A DNA stretch of 64,000 bases from Polyangiaceae bacterium (GTDB lineage Bacteria; Myxococcota_A; Polyangia; Polyangiales; Polyangiaceae): positions 64,001 to 128,000 of the forward strand of contig JBGANF010000002.1 in assembly GCA_044222475.1 (NCBI GenBank), given 5' to 3'. Position numbers and translations under genes: made by a program. Shown here one piece after another: positions 38,918-49,026 of this stretch; the stretch's first letter is position 1, and every line of letters begins with the position of its first letter. The notes beneath the pieces were generated by a model, which had not been told where the DNA came from, ran no database searches, and was given only the letters and a program-made list of their open reading frames with translations.

Positions 38918-40057
38918 ATGGCCCAGAGCATCCCCACTGCACACGTCGCATCGGCGTCCCCGGCGAACCTCGGGGACCCGGACGTCATCCGCGTCCTCCG
39001 GGACGATGGAACCCTCGACCCCGCGACCGATCCCAAGTTGTCCGACGACCTCGTCGTCGCGCTCTACCAGCAGATGGTCCTCGTCCGCATCCTCGACGAG
39101 CGACTCGTCACGCTGCAGCGTCAAGGTCGCATCGGTTTTCACATCGGCTCGCTCGGCGAGGAGGCCTGCATCCTCGGCTCCGCGGCGGCGCTGCGGGACA
39201 AGGATTGGATCTTCCCCTGCTACCGTGAGTTCGGCGCGGCGCTCTGGCGCGGCATGGCGCTGCAGAGCTACCTCAACAACATGTTCGGCAACGCGGGCGA
39301 CCCCGCGAAGGGCCGACAGATGCCGGATCACTACACCGCGCGCCACGCGCACTTCGGCTCCGTCAGCTCGCCGATCGGCACGCAGATCACCCAAGCGGTG
39401 GGCTTCGCGTGGGCGGCGAAGATCAAGAAGGACGACCTCGTGACGCTCGTCTACTTCGGCGAAGGCGCGACGAGCTCGAACGAGTTCCACAACGGGATGA
39501 ACTTCGGCGGAGTGTTCAAGACGCCGACCGTCTTCCTCTGCCGCAACAACGGTTGGGCGATCAGCGTCCCGGTCGAGCGTCAGACTGCCAGCGCATCGTT
39601 CGCTGGCAAGGGCGTCGCCTACGGCATCCCCGGCATTCGCTGCGACGGAAACGATCTCTTCGCGGTCATCAAGGCGACGCGCGAGGCGGTCGCCCGCGCC
39701 GCGTCGGGGCAAGGCCCCACCATCGTCGAAGCGATGACCTACCGGCTGTCGGGTCACTCCACCAGCGACGACCCCAAGGCCTACCGCAAGGACGAGGTCG
39801 TCGAGACGTGGCGCAAGCGCGATCCGCTCCTGCGCGTTCGCAAGTACCTCGAGAAGAAGTCCCTCTGGAGCGACGCGAAGCAGAGCGACCTCGAGGCCAA
39901 GGTCGAGGGCGACATCAAGCACGCCGTCGCTCAAGCCGAGGCTGCTCCGCCGCCCGCGCTCGAGACCATGTTCGACGACGTCTACGGCGAGCTCCCCTGG
40001 CACTTGCGCGAACAACGCCAAGAGCTCCTCTCCGGCCCGCGCGCGAAAGGTCACTGA
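38918..40057 (+). CDS. 2-oxoacid (probably branched-chain) dehydrogenase E1 alpha
   Basis: LQRQGRIGF, GRQMPDHY, TPP motif GEGATS...NN, GHSTSDDP. Confidence 0.93.
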   Translation: MAQSIPTAHVASASPANLGDPDVIRVLRDDGTLDPATDPKLSDDLVVALYQQMVLVRILDERLVTLQRQGRIGFHIGSLGEEACILGSAAALRDKDWIFPCYREFGAALWRGMALQSYLNNMFGNAGDPAKGRQMPDHYTARHAHFGSVSSPIGTQITQAVGFAWAAKIKKDDLVTLVYFGEGATSSNEFHNGMNFGGVFKTPTVFLCRNNGWAISVPVERQTASASFAGKGVAYGIPGIRCDGNDLFAVIKATREAVARAASGQGPTIVEAMTYRLSGHSTSDDPKAYRKDEVVETWRKRDPLLRVRKYLEKKSLWSDAKQSDLEAKVEGDIKHAVAQAEAAPPPALETMFDDVYGELPWHLREQRQELLSGPRAKGH

Positions 40058-40059
40058 CG

Positions 40060-41034
40060 ATGACGCAGATGAACATGGTTCAGGCGATCAACGACGGTCT
40101 CCGCTTCGAGATGAAGCGCGACGATCGCGTCGTCCTCCTCGGCGAGGACGTGGGCAAGGTCGGCGGCGTCTTCCGCGTCACGCAGGGCCTCTTCGACGAG
40201 TTCGGTGACGACCGCGTCGTCGACACTCCCCTGTCCGAGGGCGGCATCATCGGATGCGCGATCGGGATGGCGCTCTACGGCCTGGTTCCGGTTCCGGAGA
40301 TTCAGTTCGCCGACTTCATCTTCCCCGCGTACGACCAGATCGTGAGCGAGCTGGCGAAGTTCCGCTACCGCTCCGGCGGCGAGTACCCGTCGAAGCTCGT
40401 CATCCGCACTCCGGTGGGCGGCGGCATCCGCGGTGGCCACTACCACTCGCAGTCGCCGGAGTCGCAGTTCATCCACGTCGCGGGACTCAAGGTCGTGTGC
40501 CCGTCGAACCCGGCCGACGCCAAAGGCCTCCTCCTCGCGTCGATCCGCGATCCCGATCCGGTCCTCTTCTTCGAGCCGAAGCGCATCTACCGCGCGGCCA
40601 AGGGCGACGTCCCCGAAGGGGACTACGTCGTCCCGCTCGGGAAGGCGAGCATCGCCCGCGAGGGCAAGCACGTCACCGTCATCGCGTGGGGCGCGATGCT
40701 CTACGAGGCGATCGCCGCCGCCGACGAAGCGGCTCAGCAAGGCGTCGAGTGCGAGATCATCGACCTCCGCACCCTCTGGCCGGTCGACATCGACACCATC
40801 GTGGAGAGCGTCAAGAAGACCGGCCGCGTCGTCATCGTTCACGAGGCACCGAAGACCTGCGGCTTCGGCGGCGAGCTCGTGGCGCTCATCAACGAGAAGG
40901 CGTTCCTCCACCTCGAAGCGCCGCCCGCGCGCGTGACCGGCTTCGACACACCGTTCCCCTACACGCTCGAGATGGAGTACCTCCCGCTCGCGCATCGGAT
41001 TCTCCCCGCGGTCATGCAGACTGCACGCTTCTGA
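40060..41034 (+). CDS. 2-oxoacid dehydrogenase E1 beta
   Basis: GEDVG..GGVF, DTPLSE, EIQFADF, GGHYHSQS, IIDLRTL. Start ATG 40060. Confidence 0.95.
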   Translation: MTQMNMVQAINDGLRFEMKRDDRVVLLGEDVGKVGGVFRVTQGLFDEFGDDRVVDTPLSEGGIIGCAIGMALYGLVPVPEIQFADFIFPAYDQIVSELAKFRYRSGGEYPSKLVIRTPVGGGIRGGHYHSQSPESQFIHVAGLKVVCPSNPADAKGLLLASIRDPDPVLFFEPKRIYRAAKGDVPEGDYVVPLGKASIAREGKHVTVIAWGAMLYEAIAAADEAAQQGVECEIIDLRTLWPVDIDTIVESVKKTGRVVIVHEAPKTCGFGGELVALINEKAFLHLEAPPARVTGFDTPFPYTLEMEYLPLAHRILPAVMQTARF

Positions 41035-41045
41035 CCGAGGCACCC

Positions 41046-42401
<1,356 letters not shown>

Positions 42402-42432
42402 TGCCGTTCGGCAGAAGTTGCGGCGGAGTGCT

Positions 42433-42681
42433 TGGGGCGGACACGACGCCGATCGTTGCGGCGTGCAGCTCTCTCCATTCCCTCAACGTAGAGGAAGGCG
42501 CCGGCCGCGCGACCCGGCCCGAAGGGCGCGCCACTACGCCATCGCGCGCGGGTCTGCGTTGGGGTGCGCAGCGATCGTCGATGCCATGCAGATCCTCGAG
42601 CTCCTGAACGAGGACAACCATCGGCAAGCTGTCGAGCCCCTGGAGCGGATCGTCGCGATGACCACCAAGCTCTATCGATGA
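42433..42681 (+). pseudogene. Frameshifted, 5'-truncated four-helix-bundle (23S rRNA intervening-sequence / Avd-like) protein gene
   Basis: Joining frames across three 1-nt gaps gives AD/LRRAALSI/LNVEEGAGR...EG/RHYAIARGSALGCAAIVD...LERIVAMTTKL*, matching the family pattern DQLRRAAxSIxxNIAEG...ARGSAxE. Confidence 0.8.
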
Positions 42682-42691
42682 GCCAGCGCCC

Positions 42692-42745
42692 CGTCGCCGT
42701 CGCCGTCGCCGCTCACGTCAACGTCAACGCTCACGTCAACGATCG
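42692..42745. repeat. Degenerate hexamer tandem array (9 units)
   Basis: CGTCGC x3, CGCTCA, CGTCAA x2, CGCTCA, CGTCAA, CGATCG, starting 10 nt after the relic's stop. Confidence 0.85.
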
Positions 42746-42795
42746 TGAGTCGCTTCCGCCGGAAACATCCCGGCGAAATTTCGGCCGGACGGCAG

Positions 42796-43917
42796 TCACT
42801 CACACGTGTCGGTGTAGTTGGGGCCACACGGGGTCTTCCCCTGCTTCGCGTTGTCCTGCCACCCGTTGAGGATCGCCGGCTCGGCCTCGAACCCGACGCC
42901 CAGGGAGATCGCATCGCACTGGATGTCGGTCCCGTCGTTGGCGGGGTTCGACATGATGTCGGCGGACTTGCAGATCTCCTTCTTGAGCGCCTGATACGTG
43001 ACGTTCGCCCCGCAGAGGAACTGGCCGGGGTTGAGCGGGTCGTCGACGACCTGCATCGACGAGAGGAGGTTCTTCATGTCCCAGCGTCCGGTCATTCGCC
43101 CGTCGCGCAACGACCAGCCACGTGAGTCCTTGTCGAGCCGCGCGATGACGTACGTGCCACGCAGCTGGAGGAACGCCGCGGAGAAGCCGCCGGTGAGCGC
43201 GAGCGGGAAGTCGAGCAGACCGACGAGCACGCCGCCGGCGACGTAGGCGTTCGAGTCGACGTACTTCGACACATAGGGCGGCCCTGAGCCACCTTGCAGC
43301 GAGCTCGCGGCCGCGATCCACTCGTCGGTGCCGTCGTGCTTGGGGAGCGGGTTGCCGGCGTCGCCCGCGTCGCTCGTCGGTCGCGTGCCGAGCGAGGTGA
43401 GCATGGAGAGCTCGATCGATCGATCGTTCGGCGTTCCGTTCCAGCGTCGGATGTGGACGAGGAGGCCGGTGCCGCCCTCGGCGATGCGCTTGTTCACTCC
43501 GGTGGGATCGAACTGCGAGCTCAGGAGCGCGAACCGGGCGAGCAACGGCCCGGCCGAGTTGTCGCGGCCCGCGTCGTCGTCGCAGTGCTTCGGTGCGTCG
43601 ATGCGAGGCTTGCACGACTCGACCTCGGGGCACGTGCACTTTCCGTCGAGGTTGACCGAGAGACGCGCGCCCCCGTCGAGCCCGAGGTCGACGCCGCTCA
43701 CGGCGAGGATGAGGTCGAGATCCGGGTCGGACGTCGGATCGTCGGCAGAAGGGCGGGGGGGCGGTCGCTCCCCGACGCAGCCGTCAGGCCCGGCGTCGAC
43801 GTCGGGGCCGGCATCGCTTCCACCGCCGACGAGGAGGGAGCTGTCGTAGACCGCGCACGCCCACACGGCAGCAGCGCCGAGCGCGAGGAACGTCGCCGTC
43901 GCGCGGAGTCGCCTCAT
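42796..43917 (-). CDS. Cys-rich lipoprotein, tandem paralogue 3
   Basis: Lipobox VWAC; NLDGKCTCP, CDDDAGRDNS, RRWNG..ND, NAYVAGG, GRW, ADI...CDAIS. Confidence 0.85.
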   Translation of the reverse strand: MRRLRATATFLALGAAAVWACAVYDSSLLVGGGSDAGPDVDAGPDGCVGERPPPRPSADDPTSDPDLDLILAVSGVDLGLDGGARLSVNLDGKCTCPEVESCKPRIDAPKHCDDDAGRDNSAGPLLARFALLSSQFDPTGVNKRIAEGGTGLLVHIRRWNGTPNDRSIELSMLTSLGTRPTSDAGDAGNPLPKHDGTDEWIAAASSLQGGSGPPYVSKYVDSNAYVAGGVLVGLLDFPLALTGGFSAAFLQLRGTYVIARLDKDSRGWSLRDGRMTGRWDMKNLLSSMQVVDDPLNPGQFLCGANVTYQALKKEICKSADIMSNPANDGTDIQCDAISLGVGFEAEPAILNGWQDNAKQGKTPCGPNYTDTCE

Positions 43918-43931
43918 GATCGAAGGCTAGC

Positions 43932-45047
43932 TCAACGGCAGTCGTCGGTGTAGGTCGCTCCGCAGCCCTGCACTCCGGCCTCGATCGCGAACACGCCGCT
44001 CAGCTGCGCCTGCTCGGCGCGCCAGCCGACGGCGATCGAGATCGCGTCGCACGGAGAGTTCTGGTTGTCGCGCAGCGGCGACGCGCTGATGTCGGCCGCG
44101 CCGCAGATCTGCTCCTTGATGGACTGATAGACGCCGGAGTCCCCGCAGAGGTAGCCGCCGGACGTGATCGGATCGGAGATCGTCTGCAGGCCGGTGAGGA
44201 AGCCGCGAGTGGGCCAACGGCCCGTGGCGCGGCCTTCGCTCAAGCCGAACCCGCCGCCGGGAAGCCGATCGATCCGCGCCGACACGATCGCGCTCCCGAG
44301 GACCATGACGGTGCCGCGGAAGCTCCGGCCGAGGGCGACGGGGAAGTCGAGGGTCGCGACGATCCGTCCACCGGCGACGTACGCGTTGGTGTCGATGAAC
44401 TTGGCGACGTACGGCGGACCGATGCCGCCGAGGAGAGATCCTGGATCGGCCGTCCAGACGTCGCCGCCGTCGTGGCTCGGAGGAGGGTTGCCGCCGTCCA
44501 CGCCGGGCGTCGTACCGTTGGAGACGAAGAGCGAGAGCTCGACGTCGCGATCGTCGTCTGCGCCGTTCCATCGGCGCACGCGCACGATCAGCCCGTTGAT
44601 GCCCTGCGCGAGGCGCTTGTTCGCCGTCTTGTCGTCGAAGGCGTTCGTGAGCTTCGACAGGGTGAGCGCGAGCGCGAGGCCGGAGTTGTCACGACCCGCG
44701 TCGTCGTCGCAGTGCTGCGGCGCGCCGGTAATCGGGACGCAGCTCTCCTTCTCGGGGCAAGTGCATCGGTCGTCGAGGTCGTACGCGAACGGGATGCCAC
44801 CATCTCCGAAGCCGAGGTCCCACTGCGACAGCGCGAAGACGTGCTCGGCGTCGACGTCCGCGTCGCCGATGCCGTCGGTGTCGGGGCGAGGCGGCGGTCG
44901 CGCGTGGACGCATCCGCCATCGGAGGTCGCGTCCGACGTCGAAGCGTCGGGCGGCGGGGCGCCGGGCACGAGGAGGTCGTCGCTGTAGACGGCGCACGCG
45001 GCCGCGACGCCAGCGGCGGCGGCGGCGACGCCGAGCGCACGTCTCAC
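43932..45047 (-). CDS. Cys-rich lipoprotein, tandem paralogue 2
   Basis: GTG 45047 overlaps the upstream paralogue's stop (GTGA). Lipobox AAAC and the same motif series. Confidence 0.85.
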   Translation of the reverse strand: MRRALGVAAAAAGVAAACAVYSDDLLVPGAPPPDASTSDATSDGGCVHARPPPRPDTDGIGDADVDAEHVFALSQWDLGFGDGGIPFAYDLDDRCTCPEKESCVPITGAPQHCDDDAGRDNSGLALALTLSKLTNAFDDKTANKRLAQGINGLIVRVRRWNGADDDRDVELSLFVSNGTTPGVDGGNPPPSHDGGDVWTADPGSLLGGIGPPYVAKFIDTNAYVAGGRIVATLDFPVALGRSFRGTVMVLGSAIVSARIDRLPGGGFGLSEGRATGRWPTRGFLTGLQTISDPITSGGYLCGDSGVYQSIKEQICGAADISASPLRDNQNSPCDAISIAVGWRAEQAQLSGVFAIEAGVQGCGATYTDDCR

Positions 45048-46222
45048 TGAGCGCAATCGTCGGTCCACTGAGGGCCGCACGGGAAACCCGAGTCGGGCTT
45101 GGGCCACGTGTTGCCGTACCCCGCAGGGATGCTCTCGAAGCCGAAGCCGATCGAGAGCGAGTCGCAAGGCGCGTTCTTGCCGTCCTCGAGGAGGTTGCCG
45201 CTGATGTCGGCGAAGCTGCACACGCGATCCTTGAGGGCCTGGTACGTCGGGTTCGGTCCGCAGAGGTGCTGCGTCTTCGTCGGATCGAGGGGGTCACGCA
45301 GCACCGCGAGGGTCGTGAGGAGCTTGCGCGCCGGCCAACGGCCACCGATCACTCCGGTCGCCTTGAACGCCGAGCCGACCTTGGTGAGCTTGGCGGCGAC
45401 GACCGAACCGGACAGCTCCAGCGTCACGAGACCTTCGCCGTTGCCGGCGCCGATCGAGAGCGGGAAGTTCAGCGTACCGACGAGCACACCGTCGCGGACG
45501 TAGGCGTTCGGATCTTCGTACAGCGCCACGGGCGTGCCACCGTCGGCGAGGGCACCGCCTTTGAGCGACGTGGGGTCGAGCGTCCACTTGTCGGTGCCGT
45601 CTTGCTTCACCGGCTTGGGCGAGTTCACTTGGATGCCTTCGGTGCCGTTGGAGACGAACACCGCGAGCTCGACCTTGGTGTCGTTCGGCATTCCGTTGTA
45701 GCCGCGCACGCGAATGAGCGCTCCGAACACGCCCTTGGCGATCTGGTCGTTGATGTACGCCTGGTCGAAGAAGCCTTGGCTGCTCGAGAACTGGCGGATG
45801 AGCGCTGCGCCCGAGTTGTCGAGGCCGTTCTTGCCGTCGCAGTGCGCGGGTGCGGCATCGCCCGACTTGCACGACTCCACGTCCGGGCAGGTGCAGAACC
45901 CGTCGAGGTTGAAGCCAATCGACGGGGGACCGGCGTCGGGGCTGGCGTTGAAGTCCAGCGTGTTCACCGCGTTGTAGAACTCGACGTCGGGGCCGCCGGG
46001 GTCGTCCTTGTCGGGTCGTTGCGGCCAGCCCGGCGCTTTGCACAGATCGACGTCCGCACCGCCGTCGCCGCCATCGGCGACGCCCGCCTCGGAGGAGATC
46101 AGCAACGAGGAGTCGTAGATGCTGCAGGCGGCCACGATCGCCGTCCCGGCGACGGACGCGGCCACGAGGCTCGCCCAGAAGCGCGCCGAGAATCGCGACC
46201 CGACTCGACTGCCGATGCTCAC
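45044..46222 (-). CDS. Cys-rich lipoprotein, tandem paralogue 1
   Basis: Lipobox VAAC and the same motif series. Start GTG 46222 (ATG 46234 also possible). Confidence 0.85.
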   Translation of the reverse strand: MSIGSRVGSRFSARFWASLVAASVAGTAIVAACSIYDSSLLISSEAGVADGGDGGADVDLCKAPGWPQRPDKDDPGGPDVEFYNAVNTLDFNASPDAGPPSIGFNLDGFCTCPDVESCKSGDAAPAHCDGKNGLDNSGAALIRQFSSSQGFFDQAYINDQIAKGVFGALIRVRGYNGMPNDTKVELAVFVSNGTEGIQVNSPKPVKQDGTDKWTLDPTSLKGGALADGGTPVALYEDPNAYVRDGVLVGTLNFPLSIGAGNGEGLVTLELSGSVVAAKLTKVGSAFKATGVIGGRWPARKLLTTLAVLRDPLDPTKTQHLCGPNPTYQALKDRVCSFADISGNLLEDGKNAPCDSLSIGFGFESIPAGYGNTWPKPDSGFPCGPQWTDDCAQ

Positions 46223-46278
46223 TCCCCCAAACATACCACGCCATTGACGGGGCGGCGCGAAGCCGGCACGCTAGAGCC

Positions 46279-47304
46279 ATGAGATCCCGCACTGTCGCCG
46301 GGCCCGGCGCGGCCTTCGTGCTCGCGGCATCCGCCGCGGTGACCTCGCTTGCCCACGCCGACGGCGCGGTGCCGAACGCGGAGCGGTTGAAGAGCGCTGC
46401 GGCCGAGTACGACGCTGGACGCCGAGCCTACGCGGAGAACAAGTTCGAGGACGCGGCGAGTCACTTCGAGAACGCATTCCACGACGCGCCGAACGCGCAG
46501 ACCATCCGCAACGCGATCATGTGTCGCAGCAAGGCCAACCAGCTGTCGCGCGCGGCGACGCTCGCGGTGCTTGCATTCTCCAAGTATCCGGAGGACGAGC
46601 AGGTCGCTCAGATCGTGAAGCAGACGGTCGCCGAAGCCGAGTCGAAGCTCTTCAAGGTGAGCGTCGGCTGCACGCCGGCATGCGGCGTCGCGTCCGACGG
46701 GCGAGTGATCTCGCTCGAAGACGCGAAGAAGGTCGTGTTCTTCCTCGACCCCGGCCCGCACGCGGTCGTCGTCAGCTGGGAGGGCGATCGCACGAAGCCG
46801 CTCGATGTCACGGCGAAGGCCGGAGGCAGCCAAGACTTCACCCTCGAGGCTCCGCCGATGCCGGTCAAGCCCGTCGGCCCGGTCGGTCCGGCGGGAGGTG
46901 GCGAGCAACCGGCTCCTTCCACGAAGCCGTTCGGCCCCGCCGTCTTCTTCGTCGGCCTCGGGCTCACCGCCGTCGCCGGCGGAGTGCTCGTGTGGTCCGG
47001 CATCGACACGATCAACAACCCTGGCGCGGACGTCGTGAAGCAGAAGTGCGTCGGCCTCGGGGAGACGTGCCCGGAGTATCAGGACGGACGCGCGAAGCAG
47101 CTCCGCACGAACGTGATGATCGGCGTGACCTCGGGTCTCGGCGCGCTGACCCTCATCACCGGCATCTTTCTGACCCAGTGGACGTCCCCCAAGAAGGCCG
47201 AGACCCCGCACGACGGAGCCCCGCCACCGCCCGCGACGGGCTTCGTCCGCCCGTATTTCGACTTCGGTTCGACCTCTACGGTCGGGGTCTACGGAGCGTT
47301 CTGA
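46279..47304 (+). CDS. Exported TPR + PEGA-like protein with C-terminal hydrophobic segments
   Basis: Signal peptide AHA; GRRAYAENKFEDAASHFENAF (TPR-like); DG...LDPGPHAVVV (PEGA-like). Confidence 0.75.
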   Translation: MRSRTVAGPGAAFVLAASAAVTSLAHADGAVPNAERLKSAAAEYDAGRRAYAENKFEDAASHFENAFHDAPNAQTIRNAIMCRSKANQLSRAATLAVLAFSKYPEDEQVAQIVKQTVAEAESKLFKVSVGCTPACGVASDGRVISLEDAKKVVFFLDPGPHAVVVSWEGDRTKPLDVTAKAGGSQDFTLEAPPMPVKPVGPVGPAGGGEQPAPSTKPFGPAVFFVGLGLTAVAGGVLVWSGIDTINNPGADVVKQKCVGLGETCPEYQDGRAKQLRTNVMIGVTSGLGALTLITGIFLTQWTSPKKAETPHDGAPPPPATGFVRPYFDFGSTSTVGVYGAF

Positions 47305-47390
47305 CGCAGCGTGTCATGTCGCAGATCTGAGGCACTGCTCAGGGAAGTACGGTACGCTAGCTCAGGTTTCTCTCCGAAAGGGACCGTCCG

Positions 47391-49013
47391 CTGACGAAGT
47401 TTCTGAACAACGCCGCTCCGGAAGAGCGCCGTCTGGATCGCTTCGAGCTCATCGCCGAGCTCGCGAGCGGCGGCATGGCGACCGTGTACCTCGCGCGCCT
47501 GGGCGGGGCCGGCGGATTCCAGCGCTTCGTCGCGATCAAGCGACTGCACCCCCACCTCGCCAAGGACGCGGAGTTCACGCAGATGTTCCTGGACGAGGCG
47601 CGGCTCGCAGCCCGCCTCCACCATCCGAACGTCGTCCCCATCCTCGAGATCGGCGAAAGCCCCGACGGGTACTACCTCGTCATGGAGTACATCGAGGGCG
47701 ACACGCTCGCCCGGATCCTCGCGCGCTCGGCGCAGGCGGGGCGCGCGCTCCCGGCGAAGGTCGCCATCCGCTCCTGCCTCGACGCGCTGCTCGGCCTGCA
47801 CACTGCGCACGAGCTCACCGACGACGACGGCAAGCCGCTCCACATCGTCCATCGCGACGTGTCGCCCCAGAACATCCTCGTCGGCGTCGACGGCACCTCG
47901 CGCATCGCCGACTTCGGCGTCGCTCGCGCGACCTCGCGCTTGTCGACCACGCGCACCGGTCAGCTCAAGGGGAAGCTCGCGTACATGGCGCCGGAGCAGG
48001 CCCGTGGCAAAGAGGTCGATCGTCGCGCGGACGTGTTCGCGATGGGGATCGTCACGTGGGAATCGCTCGGGCAGAAGCGACTCTTCAAGGGCGAGGGGGA
48101 GGCCGACACGCTCAACCGCGTGCTCTACGAGCCCATCCCGAAGCTCCGCGCCGCGAACCCGACGGTACCGGCAGAGCTCGAGACCGTCGTGATGAAGGCG
48201 CTCGAGCGCGACGCCGACGCGCGGTTCGCGAGCGCCGCGGACTTCGCCGACGCGTTGGAGAAGGCGGCTCGCAACGTCGGCGCGCTCGGAACTGCGCGCG
48301 ACGTGAAGGAGCACCTCGACGTCGTCCTCGGCACGGACATCTCGCAGCAGCGTGACGCGGTGCGCGCGTGGCTCGCGCGAAGCGAGCCGAGCCAGCGCAT
48401 GACCGCCAGCCAGATCGGGCAGGCGAACTCCGTCACCAAGGTCGAGGGGGCGCGTCCAGCAGACGCGTCGGGGCAGCAGAACGCCGTCTCCAGCGTGTCG
48501 TCGGCGGTGATCCAGCTGCCGGGCAGCGCCGCGTCGTCCCCGTCGTCGGTTCAGCCGCTGCCGGTCGTCGAGACGCTACCGTCCAAGCGTCGCTCGAAGG
48601 CTTGGGCCGCAGTCGCCGTGGTGGTCTTGCTGCTCGCCGTCGGAGGGCCGCTCGCGTTCTTCCGCTTCCGCGCGCCGACGTCACCGACGATCGCCACGAC
48701 CGCGCAGCCCACCGTAGGCACGCCCACGGCCACACAGACCGCCACGTCCGCCGCGACGGCTCAGACCTCGACCACCGCGCCTTCGGCGACGGCCGGTGCG
48801 CCCGTGGCGTCGGCGCAGACGTCGACCGCCACCACCAAGACGACCGTGCCGACCGGTCACTTCGTGCCCCCGATCCGCACGGGGACCGCGACCGCCGGCA
48901 CCAAGCCCACCACGACTGCGACGACGACCACGACAGCCACCTCGCCTCCGACGGCGACGGCCACGTCGACCGGCACGGGCATCGACGATCTCTCCCACAA
49001 CCCGTACCGGTGA
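47391..49013 (+). CDS. Hanks-type Ser/Thr protein kinase with TM helix and Thr-rich external tail
   Basis: LASGGMATVY, VAIK, HRDVSPQN, DFG, YMAPE; TM AWAAVAVVVLLLAVGG. Start placed at CTG 47391 (see findings); the first ATG is 47475. Confidence 0.93.
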   Translation: MTKFLNNAAPEERRLDRFELIAELASGGMATVYLARLGGAGGFQRFVAIKRLHPHLAKDAEFTQMFLDEARLAARLHHPNVVPILEIGESPDGYYLVMEYIEGDTLARILARSAQAGRALPAKVAIRSCLDALLGLHTAHELTDDDGKPLHIVHRDVSPQNILVGVDGTSRIADFGVARATSRLSTTRTGQLKGKLAYMAPEQARGKEVDRRADVFAMGIVTWESLGQKRLFKGEGEADTLNRVLYEPIPKLRAANPTVPAELETVVMKALERDADARFASAADFADALEKAARNVGALGTARDVKEHLDVVLGTDISQQRDAVRAWLARSEPSQRMTASQIGQANSVTKVEGARPADASGQQNAVSSVSSAVIQLPGSAASSPSSVQPLPVVETLPSKRRSKAWAAVAVVVLLLAVGGPLAFFRFRAPTSPTIATTAQPTVGTPTATQTATSAATAQTSTTAPSATAGAPVASAQTSTATTKTTVPTGHFVPPIRTGTATAGTKPTTTATTTTTATSPPTATATSTGTGIDDLSHNPYR

Positions 49014-49026
49014 TATACCCGTCGAC

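Noticed and set aside
42402..42795. Complete diversity-generating retroelement
   Set aside because: No reverse transcriptase or template/variable repeat pair in the window; only an Avd-like relic.
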